The notes beneath the pieces are model-generated. The model made no database searches. It had not been told where the DNA came from and saw only the letters and a program-made list of their open reading frames with translations. DNA of 19,735 bases from NCBI GenBank assembly GCA_964590575.1, contig CAZPWM010000020.1, positions 17,977 through 37,711 on the forward strand, read 5' to 3'. The position numbers were made by a program, and so were the translations under genes. Source of the DNA: an uncultured archaeon (lineage in GTDB: Archaea > Asgardarchaeota > Thorarchaeia > Thorarchaeales > Thorarchaeaceae). The first letter of the stretch is position 1. Each line of letters opens with the position of its first letter. Shown piece after piece: positions 1 through 8,111 of this stretch.

Positions 1-2789
1 TCGGTGCTAGATGGGACTGAAATCATGAGTGTGTCGCTATTTGCAACATTTGTGAAGAGATTCCATTTTCCGAAACTATAGACCAATACCGAATGACTTG
101 ATGTAGCAGAATTGATTGTGATTGAAACTGGAAAGTTTACTCCAGGAGAAGTGGTTGCACTTGAAGTGGCAACGACCATTGTCCCTGATGCATCACTCAG
201 GCTTATCCTCAAGCCTAGGATTGAGATCATCTTAAGAACAGCCTCGGTGAAGATGGGTTGCCGTAAAATCGATGAATTGTACCATCCAGCAGTAAATTGT
301 GACCCCAAGGCGCTGAGAATAAGAAACCTGTCTATCGACTCTAAGTCTGTGGAGAACGCTGAGGAGTTCAATAGAGCGAGAGTTGCTATATCGTAGCTCA
401 GCGCCAAGAGGTCGGTGTACTGAACACGAGCCTCTATTGCTGCTGTGATTTCGGATACCATCGCTCCAGAAAGAATGCCTAACCGTAGCGCAGCTCTTGT
501 GGAGAGATAATCAATTGCTTCTTGATTTCCTGTGAATGGTTCAAGGGTCCAGCCAGTTGTGTCCCATGAGCCTGATGAATATTCGGAGAGGATTGCAGAT
601 TCGAGGGTCGCTCTATACGGTATCGTACTAAGCTCATCGAGTAGGTACAGGGCTTCTACTGCAGCTACTGAATACTGCATATGAGCTATCCCACTCATAG
701 AGCTGGGACGGTAATGTCCTGTAACATACTGAGCCTGCGACAGATAGAGAGTCATCTGTGAGACCATACTAGCGGCTAAATCAGTACCTAGAGAGTTGGC
801 TATTGCAGCACCAAAGAACTGGGTCCATACACTCATAGTCCTGTATTGATTGTAGCCATACTCAGGAGGACTGATGGTTGTAATATTATCCCATAGTGGA
901 TACATGTTACACTTCTCAAAGTAGTTGAGATATTCTGTTGCTAAACCAAGATCTACAGCACCTGAAGCATGTGCAAGTCTACTTGCACTGAGGACCCAAC
1001 TACTCCACATCATCGAGGGGAGGATGTCCATGGTTTCGAATCCGATATCTGTGGTTATGGTGGAAACATATGCGATGATTCCACTTGCAAGACCTCCACT
1101 TGTTTCACCCAGAGTGTCAAGGCAACTAGCTACTCGACTGGTTTCTCGCGTCTTAGCTACAATGTCAGACAACTTTGGTTTCATTCCGAATCCGCCTGAG
1201 TAGAGTTGATTGTTGAGAAACCATGAGAGTCCTGCTGTCTTGTTACTTGTACTCAGAGTACCTAAGATCTGCATTGATGACAGGGCAGATGCTGTTCCAG
1301 TTACGGCTTCTTCATCTGGATTTTGAGAGTTTCGGAATGAACCGTTTCCATTCGAGGTCCGAGAGAGGATCCAACTCGTGAGTTTTGCAGGGTCTGGGTG
1401 AGCTTTCCCGAGAAACTGCAGAGACCTCAGGTACTTGAATGCATAGTCATTGGTTGCAGAAAGACTGGTTGGATTAGCTCCTATTGCTCCCCATAGGTCC
1501 GGGTCTGAGGTCTTGCTCCCGTCTATAACAAGAAACCTCAACCAATCCTCCAAATCTACTGAGTCGATAGACCCAAGATTACCTGATTGATAGAGCGCCT
1601 CGATGACATGATGGGTTGATGTAATGCTGTCCTCGAACCCTCCATCAACTTGACGTGAAGCAAGGTATGCGACTATCTCTGGAATATTGAATGAGCCAGT
1701 CAGTCCCATTGTTTCAATCACCCACAGTCCCTGAGCTGTGCTTCTACAGTTGATGACCCCGTCACTCATCGAAGTCCTGATTCCAGTTTCAGCTCCAAGA
1801 TCCATAACTAGGGTCTCCAACACACTCTGGACAAGAACACTATTTTGAGAGACCCATGAGGTCCAAGAAGAACCAGTAAGAAGTGAATTTACAGAATAGA
1901 CTGCATAGTAGGTTTCCGCGATGGTCGGTTCATGCTGGTAGCTGAAACCCCCAGCAAGAAGAGCCCCCTCAGAAGCCTGCAGGTCAGCGAGGACTCCAGC
2001 AGTCTGGGTTTCCCTTAATGCTTTGGAGAACGCTATTACATTTTCTAGTAGACCCCGACCTGTCCCTGTCAGAAGTGTGGGGTCTTCTGCCGAAAACAGG
2101 AACACATCTAGAGGATAGGAGTCAAACCTTAGAGCTGCAATACTCGAAGGAGCTGCGCCTGTTAGATCAACAAGTCTGGACATATCCGTCTGTATCTCAT
2201 CTATTGGGAGTATGACACCTGTTTCTGTGGTTACCTGTGTTCCAATGGTCAAGGGAACAGGTGCTGTCATGAAGACAGCTCCCGCATACTCTGCAGATGT
2301 GAGTAGGACCACCGTAGCAGGAGCTGTCAAAGAGGATGGACCTGTTCCTCTCAATCTGTGAAGTATCCATGCTGAGCGTCCAGTGAGTATGAAACTGATG
2401 TCTTTCTGGATGAGTATGTCAATCAGCACTCGTGAAACCGTTGCACCATCCCCTGAACCGATGCTTGCGTCCGCAATAATCGCTGGAGTCCCATCCAGAA
2501 TTTCAGGATTAGTGGTGACATCACTGACATCAACAACTATGCTCACAATCCCTGAAGCGTTCAATAGTTGTGACCATTCGTTTCCTCGGTTTGTGATGGT
2601 CCCTCCTGATAACTCTAGTACGATGTAGGGCTTTGCATCGACCAACACACTAGGATCTGCAGAAACTACATGGCTATCTGGGGTCACCAAATCCTGTTCT
2701 TCATCGAGTGCAATGTTTGTGGTTGATGTGTCTAATGGGGTCGCGATTAATATGAGCGCAATTATGATTACTATTAGTGCACGCTTCAT
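1..2789 (-). CDS. Large secreted/surface protein with prenyltransferase/squalene oxidase-type (alpha/alpha barrel) repeats; 3' end beyond the window
   Basis: Manually translated open frame from ATG 2789 (GGAGG about 10 nt upstream; alternative in-frame ATG 2807) to position 1 with no stop seen, about 929 codons. N-terminus MKRALIVIIIALILIATP is signal-peptide-like. QW-like repeats: DLQASEGALLAGGFSY, YLASRQVDGGF, WILSRTSNGNGSF, WFLNNQLYSGGFG, YLSQAQYVTGHY. Confidence 0.8.
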   Translation of the reverse strand, partial: MKRALIVIIIALILIATPLDTSTTNIALDEEQDLVTPDSHVVSADPSVLVDAKPYIVLELSGGTITNRGNEWSQLLNASGIVSIVVDVSDVTTNPEILDGTPAIIADASIGSGDGATVSRVLIDILIQKDISFILTGRSAWILHRLRGTGPSSLTAPATVVLLTSAEYAGAVFMTAPVPLTIGTQVTTETGVILPIDEIQTDMSRLVDLTGAAPSSIAALRFDSYPLDVFLFSAEDPTLLTGTGRGLLENVIAFSKALRETQTAGVLADLQASEGALLAGGFSYQHEPTIAETYYAVYSVNSLLTGSSWTSWVSQNSVLVQSVLETLVMDLGAETGIRTSMSDGVINCRSTAQGLWVIETMGLTGSFNIPEIVAYLASRQVDGGFEDSITSTHHVIEALYQSGNLGSIDSVDLEDWLRFLVIDGSKTSDPDLWGAIGANPTSLSATNDYAFKYLRSLQFLGKAHPDPAKLTSWILSRTSNGNGSFRNSQNPDEEAVTGTASALSSMQILGTLSTSNKTAGLSWFLNNQLYSGGFGMKPKLSDIVAKTRETSRVASCLDTLGETSGGLASGIIAYVSTITTDIGFETMDILPSMMWSSWVLSASRLAHASGAVDLGLATEYLNYFEKCNMYPLWDNITTISPPEYGYNQYRTMSVWTQFFGAAIANSLGTDLAASMVSQMTLYLSQAQYVTGHYRPSSMSGIAHMQYSVAAVEALYLLDELSTIPYRATLESAILSEYSSGSWDTTGWTLEPFTGNQEAIDYLSTRAALRLGILSGAMVSEITAAIEARVQYTDLLALSYDIATLALLNSSAFSTDLESIDRFLILSALGSQFTAGWYNSSILRQPIFTEAVLKMISILGLRISLSDASGTMVVATSSATTSPGVNFPVSITINSATSSHSVLVYSFGKWNLFTNVANSDTLMISVPSST

Positions 2790-2822
2790 TATGGTTGGTC
2801 CTCCCATAATTTAGTTGAAGGG

Positions 2823-2934
2823 TGTCCTACGGGTCGGACCACTGCGGAAAAGAAGTCGTTCAGTAATGGGCATGGTAAGAGACCTGAAAGACTCGTAGAA
2901 TAGGGGTATGGATTATTTGATCCGACCCGGGACA
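2823..2934. other. Intergenic long-range inverted repeat; candidate structured RNA element
   Basis: TGTCC-TA-CGGGTCGGA (2823-2838) is complementary to TCCGACCCG-GGACA (2921-2934), giving a 14-bp stem with a 2-nt bulge that encloses 82 nt. It lies wholly in the 2790-2961 intergenic gap. Confidence 0.5.
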
Positions 2935-2961
2935 TTATTACTGGTTCCATGAGGGTCCTTT

Positions 2962-3558
2962 TCATAGCCCCACCCCCATGAACGCGTAGAAGATTATCAG
3001 GACCACTAGTGCAATGAGAAGCTCAGCAATCCCTCTTCCTGGCTGCTTCTGCAGAGCTACTCCTAGGAGCTGAAAATCACCGCCTCGTAGTGAACTATTG
3101 AACAACACACAGAGAGCTAGGTACCAAGATAGCAGAACAATCGGAGCTCCGAGTAAAAGCACTATAGGCAGAAAGAGCAAAGTAAAGCCAATGAACACTG
3201 ATGCTACTGTGCTCACATAAAGCGCAGACACGAGAATTGCGACCTTTGGTGGTCGGTCAACTTTCAGGAAAAGATTCAGCTCCGCGTAAGTGCTTCCTGC
3301 ACCTATTCCCTGAAGATCGATACCAAAGAGAGAACACACACTATAGCGGACTGCTGTGTTAATTAGCATCCCCGGTAAGAATATGATAGTTGCAAAAGAC
3401 AGGAGAGTATTCCGAGTCCACGAAACTATCGCCCTCTTCCTCCCGGTCAACAAGAGCGCGGAGCGAACAATTGTTGCCACTATGACCACAAGTGGGGCAA
3501 TCTTCACCGAGAAGATGAGGTTAGTTGCTAGTAGTGCGAGCACATCGGTCTGCATCAC
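2962..3558 (-). CDS. Multi-pass membrane protein resembling an inactivated M50-like/DUF3267-type zinc metalloprotease
   Basis: 198 aa with about 5 hydrophobic segments. AGGAGG precedes GTG 3558/ATG 3555. FLPGMLINTAVRYSVCSLFGI aligns by eye with PGxxxHExxHxxxCxLxG but has no HExxH. The later NSSLRGGD resembles the PSxxD third-ligand motif. Confidence 0.6.
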   Translation of the reverse strand: MMQTDVLALLATNLIFSVKIAPLVVIVATIVRSALLLTGRKRAIVSWTRNTLLSFATIIFLPGMLINTAVRYSVCSLFGIDLQGIGAGSTYAELNLFLKVDRPPKVAILVSALYVSTVASVFIGFTLLFLPIVLLLGAPIVLLSWYLALCVLFNSSLRGGDFQLLGVALQKQPGRGIAELLIALVVLIIFYAFMGVGL

Positions 3559-3644
3559 CAGACCTCCTTGGCTTTCCTTTTCTCTTCCATTTTCCAGTCC
3601 TGTTTCTTTACTTGGAGTAAATACAGAAAGCCTGTTTGTATGTT

Positions 3645-3709
3645 GTCGATAAAGGATAATAGAATATAATCAAGGTTTTTAGTAATTATTGGGTCGTGCG
3701 GTCGATAAA
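3645..3709. promoter_or_regulatory. AT-rich promoter region for the 3558 gene, bracketed by a 9-bp direct repeat
   Basis: GTCGATAAA occurs at 3645-3653 and 3701-3709. Between them the minus strand reads AAAAACCTTGATTATAT, which is BRE/TATA-like. Confidence 0.35.
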
Positions 3710-3727
3710 TAAGGCACTATAATACAT

Positions 3728-3744
3728 AAAAAACAGAAAGAAGG
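3728..3744 (-). terminator. Putative archaeal oligo-U terminator of the 3755-4342 gene
   Basis: Minus strand reads CCTTCTTTCTGTTTTTT starting about 10 nt after the stop codon at 3755. Confidence 0.5.
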
Positions 3745-3754
3745 TTTATGAATT

Positions 3755-4342
3755 CTATTTTCGATTCTTTTTTGGTCGAATGTGCACTGAAGTCGTGTCC
3801 AACGTGTCAGTTTCTTGACGTTTGAAAGCACGGGTAAGTGAGTGCATGGAGGTTTCGACTTCTATACCATGTTCGATACACACTGCCTTGAGGACGCGAA
3901 GAGCCGTTGGAGACCACCCAGTGACATCGAGTGTGCCAGGTGTGATCATGGAACGAAGGATTCTCCTGAAACCTTCTCGGTGTGAATCAGTAAGAACTCG
4001 CGCCAGAACATGCATGACGATTTTTCTATCTCCAGTTCCAGAGTATCCACAGATAACAAGCAATCTCTGAACTGCATCATAAGTGTTCAAAGTTTCCAGC
4101 GCCTTCAATCCAGAGAACCAGTGCTCGTAGTCTTCAGAAATGAGTAGCTTATCACAGTATGAGAGTACTCCAGGTTCCTGACGTCTAGCAAGCTCGACAA
4201 GAGCTGGCTCACGCAGAATAATATGAAGTGATTCATCCTTTACTGTGTCCCAGAGACTCTCAGTCAAGGTCTCTTGAAGGGATGGAGCTGAATAATCTGG
4301 AGTGGTAGAGCTGAACTCCAAGATTAACTGATTTTGCCTCAT
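3755..4342 (-). CDS. Hypothetical helical protein, HEAT/PBS-lyase-repeat-like
   Basis: 195 aa with an ATG start. Helical pairs LREPALVELARRQEPGVLSYCDKLL, WFSGLKALETLNTYDAVQRLL and DRKIVMHVLARV have HEAT-like spacing. Confidence 0.6.
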   Translation of the reverse strand: MRQNQLILEFSSTTPDYSAPSLQETLTESLWDTVKDESLHIILREPALVELARRQEPGVLSYCDKLLISEDYEHWFSGLKALETLNTYDAVQRLLVICGYSGTGDRKIVMHVLARVLTDSHREGFRRILRSMITPGTLDVTGWSPTALRVLKAVCIEHGIEVETSMHSLTRAFKRQETDTLDTTSVHIRPKKNRK

Positions 4343-4428
4343 GTTACTTTGTGTTGCTCGAGACTAATAAGCTCCTAAGGTGTGTTTCCTATAATAATAA
4401 GTGGGAGTATCCCTTTCAAGTGATCAAT
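4343..4428. promoter_or_regulatory. Divergent promoter region with TATA-like boxes on both strands
   Basis: Minus-strand TTATTA (4365-4370) lies about 25 nt before ATG 4342, consistent with a leaderless transcript. Plus-strand TATAATAA (4390-4397) lies about 32 nt before ATG 4429. Confidence 0.45.
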
Positions 4429-6387
4429 ATGGGACAGAGAGCGGAAGTTACAATCGACTGGCTAAGGAAAGGACGAATGGTTGAAGACCTCACCATCCTT
4501 CGATACCTCATTGCTGATTCTTCAGCATGGAAGTTAGAAACAGCCAAATTAGATACAACGCTCTTTGAGAGTACGTTTGGTCTACAACCTCTTCCCAATA
4601 GACCCAGTACAAATGTAGCAATCAACAGAGCAATCGGACAAGATGAGGTCACTGAGAAAATCACTACGAAGATGAGACCTCTGATTCCACTTGGTTCCAC
4701 AGTCCGTTCACAGGTTAAGTCACTCTTCCCTAAGAATTTAGGCTCTTCAGAGGCTAGTAAACTGTCATACGTGTTCTCTAGGTTCGTTCTTGAAGATACA
4801 CCCAAGGATATTGATTGGCCCCTTGTTCCGACTGGTCTCGATTCGCTGTCTGCGGCTCTCTTTACAATTAACAACGTTTCTACTTTGATAGGTGGAGAGA
4901 ATCCGTGGTTGCTACCTTTATGGTCAATGAAAGTTGAGGAACTTCGGTTGGAATGTCTTCAAACAATCCATGATTCATTGCTATCAGATAACGAAGTTGA
5001 GACCGTCATTGAAGTCATGGAAACAACAAAGGACTCCATCAAGGAGATTCTAATCCAAAATCCAACGATAGACAAAGCGCTTGCACCTCAAGATCCTCTG
5101 TCTGACAAGGTCGATAGATGGTTGAGGAAACTCCGCGAGAAGCTTGACCTACCAAGGAAGATTACTGATGAGACTCGTGAAAAGATAGCCGCAGAGGTCA
5201 TGGAAGAGGTCGGATCTAGAAAGGGGGCTGGCTCGGTGTCTATAGAGGAGGCAGACCTCCAACGGATGACTCTGACACAATGGAACATTCATGCCCTTCG
5301 TCCTGACGGACCATCAGCCTCAAGACATGAATCAATGCTTAAGATGTTTCGTGGAAACTTGAACCTCCTGGATTATGAACCACTCGTAAAAGTGTGCGAG
5401 TATTTGTCAGATTGTGAAATAGCTGGCCGACCAACTGCTCCTGAGATTGAACGGATTGTTGGAACTAGAAGACGAATGTCTCACTATACATTACAGCGAA
5501 TGGAATCAGTCCTCGACGAGAAATTCATCCCATCTGTGGCAAGGCTGGGACTCCAGTATAGATTCATCTTTACGGAGAAACAGAAACCTATTGTGGTAAG
5601 TGATGGGCTTGTAGAAAGGATGGTACTAACTGAATCGAGTCACAAAGGATGCTCAGTCCATCTTGAGCCTGAGAAGAGTCAAGGACCTTCTGATGCACTT
5701 CCTCCCAACAGCATTCAGATGGCTGTTGACTCAGAACTCATTTCAATGCGAATGGATCTCTATGATAAGAGGAACAAGACATGGAACATTGAACCGTGGA
5801 AACCCGCTTCTCGAAGTCCAGGACGTACAAAATTTTGGTTATTGCGTGAAACCCAGTATGATAAAAGTCCTATAACAAACCTGACAAAAAGACAAATTGA
5901 CATCATTGGACCAACTCTGACGTTTAGTGGATTGCGGTCGTCCAGGATGTGGTTGATGCAAAGAATTGGATTTAAGCCAAGAACCGTCAGGCGCTATCTT
6001 CGAAACATGCTTGATGAGAAGATACTACGAATGCTTTACACTCCTGCTCTGGAATACTGCGGTCTACCTGAAGGAATGCTTATAGTAGGAGATTTCAAAG
6101 AGCGCAGGTCTAGAGAATCTTTCATAGATTGGATGACCTCTCAGATTCCCTATGTTCATGTCTTAACTAATAAATCAACAAGGATGGTCGCCTATATTCG
6201 CTTACCAGCTTACAAGACAGACGTTGTTGGAGGAGTGATCAGGGAGAAACTTTCTGGAGGTAGAAAGAAGAACCGAATTACTACTCAGTCACTTACAGCA
6301 AGGCTGAAATCCTACAAGACCTACCAAATGACTGTGCTACAGAGACTCTCTCAGGAACAGGGACTAATCAACCCTTGGGAGAAATGA
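4429..6387 (+). CDS. Large putative transcriptional regulator: unknown N-terminal helical region plus two Lrp/AsnC-like wHTH modules
   Basis: Likely start is ATG 4429 (MGQRAEV); the track's GTG 4351 lies upstream of the TATA-like box. HTH 1: PTAPEIERIVGTRRRMSHYTLQRM...FIPSVARLGL. HTH 2: LTKRQIDII...LMQRIGFKPRTVRRYLRNMLDEKIL...YTPALEYCGL, followed by a RAM-like beta/alpha domain. Confidence 0.65.
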   Translation: MGQRAEVTIDWLRKGRMVEDLTILRYLIADSSAWKLETAKLDTTLFESTFGLQPLPNRPSTNVAINRAIGQDEVTEKITTKMRPLIPLGSTVRSQVKSLFPKNLGSSEASKLSYVFSRFVLEDTPKDIDWPLVPTGLDSLSAALFTINNVSTLIGGENPWLLPLWSMKVEELRLECLQTIHDSLLSDNEVETVIEVMETTKDSIKEILIQNPTIDKALAPQDPLSDKVDRWLRKLREKLDLPRKITDETREKIAAEVMEEVGSRKGAGSVSIEEADLQRMTLTQWNIHALRPDGPSASRHESMLKMFRGNLNLLDYEPLVKVCEYLSDCEIAGRPTAPEIERIVGTRRRMSHYTLQRMESVLDEKFIPSVARLGLQYRFIFTEKQKPIVVSDGLVERMVLTESSHKGCSVHLEPEKSQGPSDALPPNSIQMAVDSELISMRMDLYDKRNKTWNIEPWKPASRSPGRTKFWLLRETQYDKSPITNLTKRQIDIIGPTLTFSGLRSSRMWLMQRIGFKPRTVRRYLRNMLDEKILRMLYTPALEYCGLPEGMLIVGDFKERRSRESFIDWMTSQIPYVHVLTNKSTRMVAYIRLPAYKTDVVGGVIREKLSGGRKKNRITTQSLTARLKSYKTYQMTVLQRLSQEQGLINPWEK

Positions 6388-6389
6388 GA

Positions 6390-7379
6390 TTATATCCATT
6401 GTTCAAGCGAGGACTGTCGAGTACCAAATCCTTTCCAGAGCTTGAGTATTTTTTCTACCGTTGTTTCAACAGCATTTTCTGACATCACCATTCTTAGAAA
6501 ACGGGTCAATTTAGGAACGATGGGAGGATTCAACCTCAAATCGATTCCATCTGTGGATAAGTAAGATGGCTCATCAAAGACTTCACGGGCTCTCGTGAAA
6601 TCCTCACGCATGGAATATGTAATTCCTATAGCCTTTAGTACCTCCAACAATCTTCCGTGTCTTCGAAGTAATAGTGCACCTTTTCGGGGACCAATCCCTT
6701 TTGCCCCCTCGTGAAAATCGCATCCACATAGGACAGCAAGGTCTCTCAGCCTCTCAAGATCAAGCTGCATTTGCACCTCAATCTCCTTCATTCTCACTCT
6801 AAGAATTCGACCATTCGACACCTGGAGCTGTTTGGTGACATGGGGGCTTCCGAAAAGAATAGCATCTACATCATTTGAAACCACTGTGTCTACAAGGTTG
6901 TCACGACACATCGCCGCAGCCATCATCTCAGCTTCAGAGGGGGCGGTGATCGTAGGAGTGCCAATAACACAAGCGAGATCTTTGATATGGTTTGCTGAAA
7001 AGTACATTTGCACTGCTCGACTCTTCCAAAGTACCTCTGAGATATCTTCATTGTATGGATCTCCATCCTTGACAAATTCTTGATATAGCTGATTTGCGGT
7101 CTGGATGAGTTCTGGATTAGGCGCGCGTTTTCTTGACTCTGGAGGTCCATCAAAAATCATGACCGGAAGAATGTTGGAATTTAGTGTTGCTTTGACTAGA
7201 CTTAGAAAAGTTCCAACATGTGTGAGCGGTAACCTTCCATCCGGTGACTTGGTTGTCTTCATGACTGTTAGACGTCTTGTGATATAGTTGGGAACGTCTA
7301 TTGCGATTGTTCCAGGACTTATCTCTTCAAGGCCTGCCCACTGCCAAGGGATTACACTATTCCAGTTCTTCACTCCCAT
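6390..7379 (-). CDS. fen: FEN1/XPG (Rad2)-family structure-specific 5' nuclease, divergent FEN1 paralog
   Basis: MGVK start, IAIDVPNY, PVMIFDG, APSEAE, VVSNDVDAILFGSP, H3TH motif LCGCDF..GAKGIGP, and C-terminal PIP box QSSLEQW. All seven active-site carboxylates are present (D28, D77, E149, E151, D170, D172, D221). Confidence 0.9.
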   Translation of the reverse strand: MGVKNWNSVIPWQWAGLEEISPGTIAIDVPNYITRRLTVMKTTKSPDGRLPLTHVGTFLSLVKATLNSNILPVMIFDGPPESRKRAPNPELIQTANQLYQEFVKDGDPYNEDISEVLWKSRAVQMYFSANHIKDLACVIGTPTITAPSEAEMMAAAMCRDNLVDTVVSNDVDAILFGSPHVTKQLQVSNGRILRVRMKEIEVQMQLDLERLRDLAVLCGCDFHEGAKGIGPRKGALLLRRHGRLLEVLKAIGITYSMREDFTRAREVFDEPSYLSTDGIDLRLNPPIVPKLTRFLRMVMSENAVETTVEKILKLWKGFGTRQSSLEQWI

Positions 7380-7391
7380 CTTTCCGGCCTC

Positions 7392-8111
7392 TCATTTCAT
7401 ACTACGTAGACCCTTAGAGTCAGCTCTGATAATGATACTTGGCGGATTCTTGGGGGCCGCACAACGCTCAGTCAGAATACGAATCAAGTTCTCATTGGTT
7501 CGCAGTCTATCAATTCGTAAAACACTGTCAACAGCATGTGAGAGTACATTGCCCCCGATTGGTGAAGGGTCTCCAGAAATCCAATTCTTGGATGAATAGT
7601 CCGTAATCAGTACATGTGCATTGAACTTGTTGACTGCCTTTCGAGCAGTTTCAAGGGTGCGGAACAACTCACGTTGTCGGCCCTTTGTTCCTGGTGCTCC
7701 GGACAAGTTCAACGCACCAGTCAGACTGTCTAGGATTACGACTGAGACATCATTCAATCCTGAAAGCATACCAATCGCTTCTTCAATGTCAGCAAGCCCC
7801 ATCACTTGTCCTACTATTATGCGTTCTAGAACATCCACAGTGTCATCAGTCGAAGGACAGATGGTTCTTATCAAGGATGGACTATAATTTGTCCCTGAAT
7901 CCAAGAAGACACATTTCGCATCTGGGAGAGACCTTGCTGCTGACACTGCAACACCATGAGCTACAATAGTCAGAGGTGCTCGTTCAGAGCTATGTAGCAG
8001 GCTGATTTGTCGAGGTAGGATGATGCTTCCAAATGCTTGTTCAAGTACACGTGGTGTGAATCTAATCATAGATTCAGTGGGGATATCAAGTGTTTCAAGT
8101 GGTACTCTCAA
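7392..8111 (-). CDS. RecA/RadB-superfamily (Rad51-paralog-like) protein with degenerate Walker A
   Basis: TTG start with GGGAGG upstream. Motifs CVFLDSG, Walker B VVILDSL and RadA/RadB-type PIGGNVLSHAVDSVLRIDR. The P-loop position reads HSSERAPLT with no GKT. Confidence 0.8.
   Translation of the reverse strand: MRVPLETLDIPTESMIRFTPRVLEQAFGSIILPRQISLLHSSERAPLTIVAHGVAVSAARSLPDAKCVFLDSGTNYSPSLIRTICPSTDDTVDVLERIIVGQVMGLADIEEAIGMLSGLNDVSVVILDSLTGALNLSGAPGTKGRQRELFRTLETARKAVNKFNAHVLITDYSSKNWISGDPSPIGGNVLSHAVDSVLRIDRLRTNENLIRILTERCAAPKNPPSIIIRADSKGLRSMK

Noticed and set aside
112-2628. Plus-strand track ORFs 112-396, 925-1203, 969-1199, 2018-2215 and 2383-2628
   Set aside because: They are antisense shadows of the long minus-strand secreted-protein ORF and carry no motifs.
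2823-2934. 5S rRNA, tRNA, SECIS or box C/D identity for the stem element
   Set aside because: Minus-strand CCCATTACTGAAC resembles 5S loop C but is misplaced and other helices are missing. There is no cloverleaf, no RUGAUGA box C and no adjacent in-frame UGA selenoprotein.
3555-3590. Short minus-strand uORF MEEKRKAKEVW overlapping the 3558 start
   Set aside because: Only 11 codons with no clear RBS; it is explicable by the purine-rich leader.
4351-4428. GTG 4351 as start of the 678-aa ORF
   Set aside because: It would leave only 8 nt for two divergent promoters and would span the TATA-like boxes; ATG 4429 fits better.
3356-5875. Track ORFs 3356-3652, 3822-4070, 4416-4874, 5088-5288 and 5663-5875
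   Set aside because: They overlap better-supported genes on the opposite strand or in another frame.
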